DNA from: an uncultured Gemmatimonadaceae bacterium
GTDB taxonomy: Bacteria; Gemmatimonadota; Gemmatimonadetes; Gemmatimonadales; Gemmatimonadaceae
Reading direction: 5' to 3'
Length of the DNA: 64,000 nt
NCBI GenBank assembly: GCA_963843845.1
Contig: CAWJMB010000002.1
Span: forward strand, 256,001-320,000
Below the pieces are notes generated by a model. The model saw only the letters and a program-made list of their open reading frames with translations. It did not search any database and was not told the DNA's origin. Both the position numbers and the translations under genes were made by a program. Shown here piece after piece: positions 9,669 to 19,884 of the stretch. Within the stretch, counting starts at the first letter, position 1. Each line of letters starts with the position of its first letter.

Positions 9669-11336
9669 ATGTCTCATAGCCGTCTTTTCTCGATCGTCGC
9701 GCTGTCTCTTCTCGGCGTCGGCTGTCGCGCGGCGAGTGTGCCGCAGACCGCGCCGACGCCGCGCCCGGCCGCGCCCCCGACGACGCCGCCCGCCGCGCCG
9801 CCGCAGCTGCAGACGATGCCGCCCCTCGGCACGTTGAGCGCCCACGCGGTCGTGCCCGTGCCGACGTCGGTGGTGCCGAGCGGCGGCGCGCCGTTCACGC
9901 TCGTCGCGACGTCGACGATCGTCGCGTCGAACGATTCGGCGGCGCGCGTCGGCGAGATGTTAGGCACCCTGCTGCGCCCGTCGACCGGCTTTCCGTTCCC
10001 GGTCCGAGTGTCGAGCGTCGCGGCGCCGAGCGGTTCGATCGCGCTCCGACTCGGCGGGCCGTCGTCGTTGGGCGACGAAGGGTACGAGCTGACGATCGGC
10101 GCCGACTCGGTGCGCCTCACGGCGTTGCGTCCCGCCGGCCTGTTCCGCGGCGTGCAGACGCTGCGCCAGCTCCTCCCCGCGGCGATCGAAGCCGAGCAGA
10201 GTGCGCTCAAGATGGCGAGCGCGTGGACGGTCCCGGCGGGGCGCATCGTCGACCGCCCGCGCTTCGCGTGGCGCGGCGGGATGCTCGACGTGTCGCGCCA
10301 CTTCTTCACCGTGCGCGAGGTCGAGCAGTACATCGACCTGCTCGCGCTCTACAAGCTGAACACGCTGCACCTGCACCTCTCCGACGATCAGGGGTGGCGC
10401 ATCCAGATCGACAGCCGCCCGAAGCTCACCGCGGTCGGCGGCAGCACGCAGGTCGGCGGCGGGGCGGGGGGCTTCTACACGAAGCAGGACTACGCGGCGA
10501 TCGTGCGCTACGCAGCGGAGCGCTTCATCACCGTCGTCCCCGAGATCGACATGCCGGGGCACACGAACGCGGCGATCGCGGCATACCCAGAGATGGGGTG
10601 CAGTCGTCCGACCCCCGGTCTCGACGGCGGCGTGCAGGGGCCGACGACCTACACCGGCATCCGCGTCGGGTGGAGCGCGCTCTGCCACGACCGCGACGAG
10701 ACCTACCGCTTCGTCGACGACGTCGTGCGCGAGCTCGCCGCGATGACTCCCGGCCCGTATCTGCACCTCGGCGGCGACGAGGTCGAAGTGCTGTCGCACG
10801 AGCAGTACGCGGCGTTCGTCGAGCGCGTGCAGGGGATCGTGCAGAAGTACGGCAAGACGATGATCGGTTGGGAGGAGATCGGCCGCGCGCGGCTCCTCCC
10901 GACGACGATGGCGCAGCAGTGGCGGGGCGACACGACCGCGCTGCGCGCCGTGCGGCAGGGTGCGCGCATCGTCATGTCGCCTGGCGCGCGCACGTATCTC
11001 GACATGAAGTACACGCCGAGCACCGAGCTGGGGCTGCGGTGGGCGGGGTTCATCGAGCTGCGCACGGCGTACGAGTGGAACCCCGCGACCTACGGCGCCG
11101 GCATCGGCGAGGCGGCGATCGCCGGCGTCGAGGCGCCGCTGTGGACCGAGACCGTGTCCAACATCTCGGCCGCGCAGTATCTGCTCGTGCCGCGACTGCC
11201 GGCGATCGCGGAGGTCGCGTGGAGCGACGTGTCGACGACGGGGTGGGAGGGGTTCCGCACGCGGATCGCGGGGCACGCGCCGCGGTGGCGGTTTCTCGGG
11301 ATCAACTACTACGCGTCGCCGCAGGTGGCGTGGTGA
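9669..11336 (+). CDS. Beta-N-acetylhexosaminidase (GH20), lipoprotein
   Basis: 'RFAWRGGMLDVSRHF', 'HLHLSDDQGWR', 'PEIDMPGH', catalytic 'HLGGDE'; lipobox 'LGVGC'. Confidence 0.95.
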   Translation: MSHSRLFSIVALSLLGVGCRAASVPQTAPTPRPAAPPTTPPAAPPQLQTMPPLGTLSAHAVVPVPTSVVPSGGAPFTLVATSTIVASNDSAARVGEMLGTLLRPSTGFPFPVRVSSVAAPSGSIALRLGGPSSLGDEGYELTIGADSVRLTALRPAGLFRGVQTLRQLLPAAIEAEQSALKMASAWTVPAGRIVDRPRFAWRGGMLDVSRHFFTVREVEQYIDLLALYKLNTLHLHLSDDQGWRIQIDSRPKLTAVGGSTQVGGGAGGFYTKQDYAAIVRYAAERFITVVPEIDMPGHTNAAIAAYPEMGCSRPTPGLDGGVQGPTTYTGIRVGWSALCHDRDETYRFVDDVVRELAAMTPGPYLHLGGDEVEVLSHEQYAAFVERVQGIVQKYGKTMIGWEEIGRARLLPTTMAQQWRGDTTALRAVRQGARIVMSPGARTYLDMKYTPSTELGLRWAGFIELRTAYEWNPATYGAGIGEAAIAGVEAPLWTETVSNISAAQYLLVPRLPAIAEVAWSDVSTTGWEGFRTRIAGHAPRWRFLGINYYASPQVAW

Positions 11337-11608
11337 GAGCCGTCTGGGGCTGAGGCTTCCATCGTCTCGTGGAAGCGAGGGTCCGATCGAACCGCGGAAC
11401 GCGCGAGCTCGAGATCTCCGCGCGCAGCCGGTGCCCGGGCGCGCGATCTCACGACGTCGCGTGCAGCCCGACCGGGACCACGCAAGCCGTCCCCGGCTGC
11501 ATCATCCGCGGCGCGTCGAACCTGTCGCGCCACCGCGCGGCGGCGCAGAGTATACGCTCCCAGGCCCACCGTCGTAGCCGCGACTTCCTCACTTTCGCCA
11601 CGCCCCGC

Positions 11609-11926
11609 ATGCCTGTCTACGTCGTCGTCGACATCACCGTGACCGATCCCGCGACCTACGATCGCTACAAGGAGCTCGCCCCGCCGGCGATCGGCGCGTA
11701 CGGCGGCCGCTATCTCGCGCGCGGCGGCACCACCGAGACGCTCGAAGGGACGTGGGCGCCGACGCGGCTCGTGCTCCTCGAGTTCCCCGACGCGGACTCG
11801 GCGCGGCGGTGGTGGCGCTCGCCGGAGTACGCGGAGGCGAAGGCGCTGCGCAACGCGTCGTCGGACACGCAGATGGTGCTGCTCGACGGGCCGAGCTTCG
11901 ACCCGCGTGCCACCGCGACGGTGTAA
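11609..11926 (+). CDS. DUF1330-family protein
   Basis: 'YGGRYLARGG..E.LEG.W.P.RLVLLEFP...A..WW.SPEY'. Confidence 0.9.
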   Translation: MPVYVVVDITVTDPATYDRYKELAPPAIGAYGGRYLARGGTTETLEGTWAPTRLVLLEFPDADSARRWWRSPEYAEAKALRNASSDTQMVLLDGPSFDPRATATV

Positions 11927-12022
11927 AGCCGCGCGCGGCACGAGTAGCCGCCGCGGAGGCGTGGGGCTACGCTCATCCCGCAGCCCTACGACGCATCTCT
12001 CGCCACGCTCGCGGAGGTCGAC

Positions 12023-12730
12023 ATGTCGGAGACAGGGATCGATGGTGTGACCATCCACCCGCTCATCGCGGCTCAGGAACAGCGCGATGAGCGGGCGGTC
12101 GAGTTCCGGGGGTTTCTCGGCACGACCGGCGCTCGAGCCGTTCGCCTCTACCCCGATCTCGACACGACGTCGTACGTCGAGATCCCGAAGGACGCCGTGC
12201 TGCACTGGGAGAAGGATGCCGACGCCGTCGTCGGAAAGATTCGCGTGTACGTCGCCGCCGCGTGCGACGTGACGGAGGTCCACAGGCGCCGCGTGGTGGC
12301 GCGCTCGAGCGCGTTGTCGGTGTACGGTGCGCGGCGCGGCTCGCCGTGCGGTTGCGGTGCACGACTCACCGCCGACGAGCGCCGCCTCGCTCTCGCCAGG
12401 CCGCCACGGCCGATGACGGCTTTCACCAGGTGCGTCATCCGATGCGAGGGCGCCTTCGCGAGCATGGCTACCCGTGCGGCCGTGCTCGACGCCCGCGCGG
12501 CACAGGAGCCGGACGCGCTGAGAAGCGCACAACTCTTCAGCCAGGCGGAAGACATCAAGTCGCAGGCGAAGACGGCGCTGTACGACTGTCTGCGCCGGTG
12601 CCCCGGGCGCCCCCGTTTCCGAAGCGTTCGGGACGCCGATGGCAGGATCACGCGCCGCCCGTTCTCGATCGGCGAGCTTGCGGGGGAGATCTGTCGACGC
12701 CACCTGGGGGAAGTCAGCTGCGCGGAGTGA
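12023..12730 (+). CDS. Hypothetical Cys-rich protein
   Basis: RBS ggagg before ATG; 9 Cys including CGC and two CX3C; no recognised family. Confidence 0.6.
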   Translation: MSETGIDGVTIHPLIAAQEQRDERAVEFRGFLGTTGARAVRLYPDLDTTSYVEIPKDAVLHWEKDADAVVGKIRVYVAAACDVTEVHRRRVVARSSALSVYGARRGSPCGCGARLTADERRLALARPPRPMTAFTRCVIRCEGAFASMATRAAVLDARAAQEPDALRSAQLFSQAEDIKSQAKTALYDCLRRCPGRPRFRSVRDADGRITRRPFSIGELAGEICRRHLGEVSCAE

Positions 12731-12781
12731 GACGCCCCGCCGAACTCCCTGGCGACCGGGCGCAGATGTAGACTGACCGCC

Positions 12782-15700
12782 ATGCCCGAGGTCACGCTCC
12801 CCCCCTCGCCGCGACTCTTCCTCGTCGACGGCTACGCGCTCATCTACCGCGCCTTCTTCGCCCTCATCTCGCGCCCGCTGCGCACGAGCCGCGGCGAGAA
12901 CACGTCGGCGGCGTGGGGGATCGTCAGCTTCCTCAATCGCCTCATCGCGACGCACCGCCCCGAGTACCTCGGCTGGGTGCACGACAGCGGGTTGAGCTTT
13001 CGCCACGAGCAGTACCCGGCGTACAAGGCGACGCGCGAGAAGCTGACCGACGAGCTGCAAGACGACTTCGACCGCGGCATGGAGCGCATCTGCCAACTGC
13101 TCGAGGGGTATCGCATCCCGATCCTCACGCAGAAAGGCTACGAGGCCGACGACGTCATCGGCACGCTCGCGCTGAAGGGCGCCGCGGCGGGGATGAACGT
13201 CGTCGTCGTCAGCGGCGACAAGGACTTCCAGCAGCTCGTGCGGCCGGGGATCTGGCTGCTGAACCCGGGGCGCGGCGGGCCGGCGGCGGTCGACGAGCAG
13301 TGGGTGTCGGTCGAGAACGGCGCCGACCGGCTCGGCGTGCCGCCGGAGCGGACGGTCGACTACCTCGCCCTCGTCGGCGACTCGAGCGACAACGTGCCGG
13401 GGGTGAAGGGGATCGGCGACAAGGGGGCGCAGGAGCTCATCGCCCAGTTCGGCGACCTCGAGGCGATCCTCGCGAACGTCGACCAGATCACGAAGAAGCG
13501 CCCCCGCGAGGCGCTGCTCGCGCACGCCGAGGACGCGCGGCTGTCGAAGCAGTTGGTGACGATCCACACCGATCTCGAGGTGCCGCTCGATCTCGAGCGG
13601 ATGCGGCTCCAGACGCCCGACCACGAGGCGCTGAAGCCGCTGTTCGCGGAGCTCGAGTTCACGTCGCTGCTGAAAGACGCGATCGCCGCCGCGCCGGCCG
13701 AGGCGAAGCCGAGAGAGGCGGTGACCTACGAGACCGTCGACACCGTGCAGGCGCTGACGCGGCTCGTCGCGCGCGCGCGGAAGGCGCGCACGATCGCCGT
13801 CGACACCGAGACGGTGATGCCCCCCGACGCGCCGGTGAAGGTCGACCCGCTCCGCTCGAGCCTCGTCAGCCTCTCGATCGCCCTCGCGCCGGGGGAGGCG
13901 TATTACCTGCCGCTGGCGCACCGGCCGTATCTCCCCGAGCAGACCGAGCTCCTCGGCGTCGGGGAGCGGGGCGCGGGGATCGGGGATGGGGCGCTCGTCG
14001 ACGTCTCCGGCGACCGCTCACCGACGGACGCGCCGGACGATCGCGGTTTGGTGACGGGCGGTGACGAAATCGCCGGCGAGTCCGCCCCGAGTCCCGAGTC
14101 CCGAGCCCCGAAGAAGGCCGCCAGGAAGCGAGCCGCCGCCGCGCAGGAGCCCACCAGCCTCGCCGCGAGATTCCTCGCCGAGCACGGCGCCCCGCCGCCG
14201 AAGAACCTGCCGCCGCTCGACAGCGAGGCGATGGCGCCGCTGCGCGAGCTGCTCGAAGACGCGTCGGTCTCGAAGACGATGCAGAACGCGAAGTACGACG
14301 TGCTGGCACTGCGGCGCGCCGGGATCACGCTGCGCGGGCTCGACTTCGACACGATGCTCGCCAGCTACGTGCTCGACCCCGGCCGCCGCTCGCACGGACT
14401 CGACGTGCTGGCGGCGGAGTTCCTCGACTACACGATGACGTCGTACGAGACGCTGTGCGGGAAGGGGAAGACACAGCTCCCGTTCGACGTCGTGCCGATC
14501 GACGCGGCGCGCGACTACTCGTGCGAGGACGCGGACATGACGCTCAGGCTGCGCGAGATCTTCGAGCCGCAGCTCGCGTCGCACGGCCTGACCGAGCTGT
14601 TCCGCGACGTCGAGGTGCCGCTCGTCTGCGTGCTCGCCGACATGGAGTGGGCCGGCATCGCGATCGACGTGCAGCACTTCGCGTCGCTCAAGACGCGCTT
14701 CCAGGCCGAGCGCGAGCGGGTCGAGCAGGAGATCTACGTCGAGGCGGGCGAGGAGTTCAACATCAACTCCAACCTCCAACTGCGCGCCATTCTCTTCGAG
14801 AAGCTCGGCCTGCCGTCGAAGAAGCGCACGTCGACGGGGCCGTCGACCGACGCGAGCGTGCTGCAGGAGCTGGCCGACGACGGGCACGTGATTCCGCAGC
14901 TCCTCATGGAGTATCGCGAGATCTTCAAGCTCGAGGGGACGTACATCGACACGCTGCCGGCGCTCGTGCACCCGGAGACGGGGCGCATCCACACGTCGTA
15001 CAGCCAGGCGGTCGCGGCGACCGGCCGGCTGTCGTCGAACGACCCGAACCTGCAGAACATCCCGATCCGGCGCGAGTTGGGCCGGGACATCCGCGCGGGG
15101 TTCGTGCCGCGGAAGGGGTGGAAGCTGATGGCCGTCGACTACTCGCAGATCGAGCTGCGGCTGCTCGCGCACTTCTCCGAGGACCCGGCGTTCGTCGAGG
15201 CGTTCCGTTCGGGCGGCGACATTCACCGGCAGACGGCGGCGATCATCTTCGGCGTGCCGTTAGGCGACGTCACGAAGGAGATGCGCGGGCGCGCGAAGAC
15301 GATCAACTTCGCGACGATCTACGGGCAGGGGGCTCACGCCCTGTCGCGCCAGCTCAAGATCACGAACGCCGAGGCGCGCGAGTTCATCGAGACGTACTTC
15401 GAGCGTTTCAGCGGCGTGAAGCACTACCTCGACAGCCGGTCGAGTTCGCGCGCGAGCACGGCTACGTCGAGACGTTGTTCAAGCGGCGGCGGTACATCCC
15501 CGAGCTGTCGGAGCGCAACTTCAACATCCGCGCGTTCGGCGAGCGCGTCGCGCAGAACGCGCCGATCCAGGGCTCGGCGGCGGACCTCATCAAAGTCGCG
15601 ATGATCCGCATCGCCGAGGTGCTGACGCGGCACAGGCTGAACGCGCGGATGCTGCTGCAGGTGCACGACGAGCTCGTGTTCGAGGTGCCGGTCCCCGAGA

Positions 15701-15810
15701 TCGACGAGGTCGGATCGCTCGTCCGCGCCGAGATGGCCGGGGCGGCGACGCTGTCGGTGCCGCTCGACGTCGAGGTCGGCGTCGGCGACAACTGGCTCGA
15801 GGCGAAGTGA
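12782..15810 (+). CDS. polA: DNA polymerase I (single frameshift near 15435-15440)
   Basis: 5'-3' exonuclease 'LVDGYALIYRAF', 'YEADDVIGT'; polymerase 'GRLSSNDPNLQNIP', 'DYSQIELR', 'AKTINF'; 'NAPIQGSAADLIK' and 'QVHDEL' in the next frame. Confidence 0.96.
13960..14110. repeat. Inverted heptamer arrays (CGGGGAT-like, family B) inside a polA insertion
   Basis: cggggag-cggggcg-cggggat-cggggat at 13960-13987 and ccccg-agtcccg-agtcccg-agccccg at 14085-14110. Confidence 0.75.
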
Positions 15811-15836
15811 CGCGTGGTGACGCGTGGTGACGCGTG
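15807..15836 (+). repeat. 10-bp tandem repeat GTGACGCGTG x3 overlapping the polA stop
   Basis: Read directly. Confidence 0.9.
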
Positions 15837-15886
15837 GGGACGCGCGCGCGTCTAGTAGAAACTCCGTTCCTCCTCGTCGACTCATC

Positions 15887-16270
15887 ATGGCATCGCGTCG
15901 TCCCGGCTTCACGCTCATCGAGCTGCTCGTCGTCGTCGTCATCATCGGCATCCTCGCGGCGATCGCGATCCCGCGCTTCGCCGATACGAAGGGGAAGGCC
16001 AACGTCGCGCGCGTGAAGAGCGACCTGCACAACCTCGCGACGGCGCAGGAGAGCTATTTCTACGAGCACCAGAACTACACGTCGAGCGTCGCGCTGCTGA
16101 ACGTGACGCCGTCGCAGGGGGTGGTGCTGACGGTCGTCGAGGCGACGCCGACGGGGTGGTCGGCGACGGCGGTGCACCCGGCCGCGGTGCCCGTGACGTG
16201 CTCGCTGTTCTACGGCGCCGCGACGCCGCTCGCGCCGGCGACGGTCGCCGGGCAGATCACCTGTCGCTGA
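15887..16270 (+). CDS. Type IV pilin-like protein (prepilin N-terminal cleavage/methylation motif)
   Basis: 'RPG|FTLIELLVVVVIIGILAAIAIP'; C-terminal Cys pair. Confidence 0.92.
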   Translation: MASRRPGFTLIELLVVVVIIGILAAIAIPRFADTKGKANVARVKSDLHNLATAQESYFYEHQNYTSSVALLNVTPSQGVVLTVVEATPTGWSATAVHPAAVPVTCSLFYGAATPLAPATVAGQITCR

Positions 16271-16344
16271 CCGACGCGCGACGGGGCGGGGACTCCGCGT
16301 CGGCGGGACCCGTCTGGCGCGAGTTCCCACGCCGCCGCGACGGG

Positions 16345-16578
16345 ATGCTGCACGCGATGGACGGTGGCCTCTGGCTGCACCGTCACGTGTGGCGCGGCAC
16401 GCCGATGGCACACCTCGTCTCGAGCGATCGCGCCGCGCTGCTCGCGTACGGCCGCGAGGCCGGCATCCCCGCCGGGCGCCTGCAGTACAAGCCGCTCAAG
16501 GACCCGCGCACGGGCGAGCGGCGACCGGCGTGGCACTGGGACCTCATCGGGCGATTCCTGCCCGTCCGAGCGAGATGA
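16345..16578 (+). CDS. Small hypothetical protein, DUF4031-like
   Basis: 'W..HLVS....L......G.....Q......H.DL' pattern; start may be slightly upstream. Confidence 0.5.
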   Translation: MLHAMDGGLWLHRHVWRGTPMAHLVSSDRAALLAYGREAGIPAGRLQYKPLKDPRTGERRPAWHWDLIGRFLPVRAR

Positions 16579-16598
16579 ACGGTTCGATCGCCTGACCA

Positions 16599-17918
16599 TC
16601 AGGTCCCCTGCGCGCGCGCCCGCCCCGCCGCGACGTTCACGCGCGTGAGCAGCGCGATGCCTAACACGAAGAACACGACGACCGACAGGATCCCGTGACG
16701 GCTCGACCCGCCGAACCGCACGACGAGCGCGAACAGGAGCGGCCCGAACAGCCCCGAGAACTTCTCGAACACGCCGAAGAAGCCGAAGAACTCGCCCGAG
16801 CGCGCCGGCGGCACCATCATCCCGAACAGCGAGCGGCTGAGCGCCTGCGTCCCGCCCTGCACGAGCCCGACGAGTAGCGCGAGCAGCAGGAAGTGTGTCG
16901 CCGTCCGCATGTAGTAGCCGAGGATGGCGATCACGACGTAGACGAGGAGCCCTGCGATCACGCTTCGCTTCGCGCCGACGCGCCGCGCGAGCGCCCCGAA
17001 CGCGAACGAGCACGGCACGCCGACGAACTGCACGACGAGGATCGCCGTGATGAGCGCGCTCTGGCCGATCCCGATCTCGGTGCCGTAGGCCGTCGCCAGC
17101 TTGATGATCGTGACGATGCCGTCGTTGTAGAACATGAACGCGACGAGCAGGAGCGCCGCCTGCCGATAGCCGCGCAGCTCGCGCAGCGTCTGCCCCAACC
17201 GTACGAACGGCGCGACGAACACGCTCTTTCCCGCCTCGCCGGGCTCACGCGTCGCCGGCGGCTCCGGCACGCCGCGCAGCACGGGGATCGTGAACAGCAG
17301 CCACCACACCGCGACGCTCACGAACGCCAGCCGCGTCGGCAGCGTCGCCTCGCTCGGCGACAGTCCCTCGCCGGTCGGGAGGCCGAACGCGCCCGGCGCC
17401 GTGATCCACGCGAGCTGCGCCGCGAGCAGCACGCCGCCGCCCAGGTAGCCGATCGCGTAGCCCGCGGTCGACACGCGGTCGATCTCGTCGTCGTGCGCGA
17501 TGTGCGGCAGCAGCGCGCCGTAGAACGCCATGCTCCCCTGCGCGCCGATCATCGCGGCCGAATAGAGCACGCTCGCCAGCAGCACGTCGCCGCGCTCGAC
17601 GAAGAACATCCCCGCGCACGCCGCGGCGCCGAACAGCGCGAACACGACGAGCAGCCGCTTCTTCGCCGCCGAGTGGTCCGCGAGGGCGCCCAGCAGTGGC
17701 GACAGCACCGTGATGAGCAGCAGCGCGGCCGTGTTCGCGAGCGCGAGCCGCTCGGCGCCCCTCCCGCTCGTCAGCCCGGCACTCGCCACCTTCACGAAGT
17801 AGATCGGGAAGACGGCCGCCATCACCGTCGTCTGCATCGCCGAGACGGCCCAGTCGTACCAGGCCCAGGCGCGCTGCTCGGGGGTGCGGAGCCCGAGCGA
17901 AGTGAGGGCGGAGTTCAT
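16599..17918 (-). CDS. MFS transporter (UMF1/Atg22-like)
   Basis: 'RAWAWYDWA', about 12 TM, 'GGTQALSRSLF...P..RSGEFFGFF'. Confidence 0.9.
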   Translation of the reverse strand: MNSALTSLGLRTPEQRAWAWYDWAVSAMQTTVMAAVFPIYFVKVASAGLTSGRGAERLALANTAALLLITVLSPLLGALADHSAAKKRLLVVFALFGAAACAGMFFVERGDVLLASVLYSAAMIGAQGSMAFYGALLPHIAHDDEIDRVSTAGYAIGYLGGGVLLAAQLAWITAPGAFGLPTGEGLSPSEATLPTRLAFVSVAVWWLLFTIPVLRGVPEPPATREPGEAGKSVFVAPFVRLGQTLRELRGYRQAALLLVAFMFYNDGIVTIIKLATAYGTEIGIGQSALITAILVVQFVGVPCSFAFGALARRVGAKRSVIAGLLVYVVIAILGYYMRTATHFLLLALLVGLVQGGTQALSRSLFGMMVPPARSGEFFGFFGVFEKFSGLFGPLLFALVVRFGGSSRHGILSVVVFFVLGIALLTRVNVAAGRARAQGT

Positions 17919-17968
17919 GGACGCAAGCGTAGGAGCGTCGTGTGATGACTGCAACCGGGGGCGTTGCG

Positions 17969-18039
17969 ACGGTGGGACGCGCTGCTCGACGGCGTGAGGC
18001 TCGCCGTGCCGTAATGCGTCGAGTAGTGCGTCCCGCCGT
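17969..18039 (+). other. 23-bp intergenic stem-loop
   Basis: acggtgggacgcgctgctcgacg pairs with cgtcgagtagtgcgtcccgccgt; the three non-Watson-Crick positions are all G-U on the + strand. Confidence 0.7.
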
Positions 18040-18065
18040 TCCACCGCCGCCGTAGATTGTCCCCG

Positions 18066-19052
18066 ATGCGCGCCATCCTCGCCTCTCGCTGCCCCCTCGT
18101 GCTCGGCGTCGCGCTCTCCCTCGCCGCGTGCGACCGTCGCACCCCGGCTCCCCCCGCCGACTCGGCGACCGCGCCCGTGCCGACGGTGGCCCCGGAGTCG
18201 ACGCCTGCCGCCCCGCTGCTCGTGTCGGGGTGGGACCGCGACGCCGGTGCCGCACTGCTCGTCGCCGGCGAGGACGGCGAGGCGCTCGTCGTCGTGCCCG
18301 GCGAGCCGGGGACCGAAGGGGGCGATCGCACCGCCGGTCGTGCCGCCGACGTGCTCCCCGCCGAGGTCGCGCTGTTCACTCGCGCCGGCGCCGCCGGCCA
18401 CGCGAGAGCGACGCCGAGCGAGGCGCCGGGAAGCTGCAACTGGCCGACCGCGCGACTCGGTCCCGTCTCGGGGGGCGACGCGCTGCCGGCGTGGACCGTC
18501 GGCTTCGTCGGCGGGACCCCGGCGTCGCTCGCGCTCGACTCGATCGAGGGAAGCGCGGCTCGCGACTCCGCGGCGCTCGCCGCGACCGTCACGCGCCTCG
18601 TCGCGGCGCTCGAGGACGACACCGTCCGCACGCTCCGCGGCGTGCCGTTCACCGTGCGCTCCGCGCGGCGCTTCACGTTCGGCGACGGACGCGAGGGACT
18701 CGTGGCGATCGTCACGCGCGCGCTGAACCAGGAGGCGTCGCCGGTCGCGGAGCAGGTGCTGCTCGTCGCCGAACGAGGACGGGGGAGCGGCACGGAGGGC
18801 ACGCCGTCGACCACGCCCGCCGGCGCCGCCAACTCGACGCCGTGGATGGTGGCGTATCACGAACGCGACGCCGGCAGCGCGGACGCCGTGCTCGCGACCG
18901 ACGTGCTGAGCGCCGTCGCGATCGGCCCCGACGCGCGGCCGACGCTCGTGCTCGCCCGCGCACTCGCCGACGGCAGTCGTTACGGCCTGCTCGAGCGCAC
19001 CGGCGACCTCGCATGGCGTCTGCGGTGGACGAGCGCGGTGCGACGATGCTGA
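18066..19052 (+). CDS. Hypothetical lipoprotein
   Basis: Lipobox 'LAAC' and Pro-rich linker; overlaps the start of the downstream peptidase. Confidence 0.7.
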   Translation: MRAILASRCPLVLGVALSLAACDRRTPAPPADSATAPVPTVAPESTPAAPLLVSGWDRDAGAALLVAGEDGEALVVVPGEPGTEGGDRTAGRAADVLPAEVALFTRAGAAGHARATPSEAPGSCNWPTARLGPVSGGDALPAWTVGFVGGTPASLALDSIEGSAARDSAALAATVTRLVAALEDDTVRTLRGVPFTVRSARRFTFGDGREGLVAIVTRALNQEASPVAEQVLLVAERGRGSGTEGTPSTTPAGAANSTPWMVAYHERDAGSADAVLATDVLSAVAIGPDARPTLVLARALADGSRYGLLERTGDLAWRLRWTSAVRRC

Positions 19053-19840
19053 CGCGCGCGGCGCGGCGGGCGGTCGGTGCGGGGTTCGCGGCGGCGCTCG
19101 CTACGACGGTCGCCGCCTGCGCGCCCGCGGTCCGTCCGGCCCCTGCGCCGTCTCCCGCGCCCGCGCCGGCCGCGCCGCGCACGACGCCCGCCGCGACCGG
19201 GCCGACCGTTCCCCCGCCGGCGGCCGCGGTGCCGGCGGCGGCATCGACACCCGACGCCCCGCCGCTCGCGTCGGACGCGGCGGCCGAGTCGCTGCTCGTC
19301 GACCTGACGGCGCTCGACGCGACGATCCGTACCGACGTGCGCTACGCGACGCCGTACAACTTCACCGGCGCCGTGCTCCCCGGCTACGACGCGCCGCGCG
19401 CGCTCCTCCGCCGCGAGGCCGCGCAGGCGCTCGTTCGCGTGCAGACCCGCCTCCGCGCGGACTCGCTCGGGCTCCTCGTCTACGACGGCTATCGCCCGGT
19501 GCGCGCGACCGAGGCGATGGTCGCCTGGACCACGCGCAAGCGGCGCGAGGACCTCGTGCGCGACGGCTACATCGCCGCCCGCAGTCGCCACAACCTCGGC
19601 CTCGCGGTCGACCTCACACTCGTCACGCTCGTCGGCGGACGGGAGCTGAAGATGGGGACCGCGTTCGACACGTTCTCCACGAGCGCGCACACCGCGAACG
19701 CGTCGGGCGAGGTCGCGGCGAACCGTCAGCGCCTCGTGCGCGCGATGGCGGCGGAGGGGTTCACGAATCTGCCCGAGGAATGGTGGCACTTCAGCTATGC
19801 GGTGCCCGACCCGCTGCGCTTCGACCTTGTGATTCGGTGA
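19046..19840 (+). CDS. ddpX: D-Ala-D-Ala dipeptidase (M15D, VanX/DdpX family), lipoprotein
   Basis: 'RYATPYNFTG', 'VYDGYRP', 'SRHNLGLAVDLT', 'EWWHF'. Confidence 0.92.
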   Translation: MLTRAARRAVGAGFAAALATTVAACAPAVRPAPAPSPAPAPAAPRTTPAATGPTVPPPAAAVPAAASTPDAPPLASDAAAESLLVDLTALDATIRTDVRYATPYNFTGAVLPGYDAPRALLRREAAQALVRVQTRLRADSLGLLVYDGYRPVRATEAMVAWTTRKRREDLVRDGYIAARSRHNLGLAVDLTLVTLVGGRELKMGTAFDTFSTSAHTANASGEVAANRQRLVRAMAAEGFTNLPEEWWHFSYAVPDPLRFDLVIR

Positions 19841-19884
19841 CCCGTCGTATCTTCCGTACTCTCTCTTCGTTTCGAGGATTCTGC

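Noticed and set aside
11337..11608. About 270-bp intergenic region with small hairpins as an ncRNA
   Set aside because: Only short GC stems and no recognisable RNA family motif; cannot be supported by eye
13930..14200. PolA insertion as an intein
   Set aside because: No Cys/Ser start or His-Asn end and no splicing blocks; low-complexity sequence
15430..15445. Programmed frameshift or true pseudogene in polA
   Set aside because: No slippery heptamer; both halves are intact; the window shows several similar indels consistent with sequencing error
15887..16270. Pilin as part of a pilus or secretion gene cluster
   Set aside because: Single orphan pilin; no assembly genes in the window
19046..19840. 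VanX as part of a glycopeptide-resistance cluster
   Set aside because: No vanH/vanA/vanRS nearby; the lipoprotein form fits a housekeeping DdpX-type enzyme
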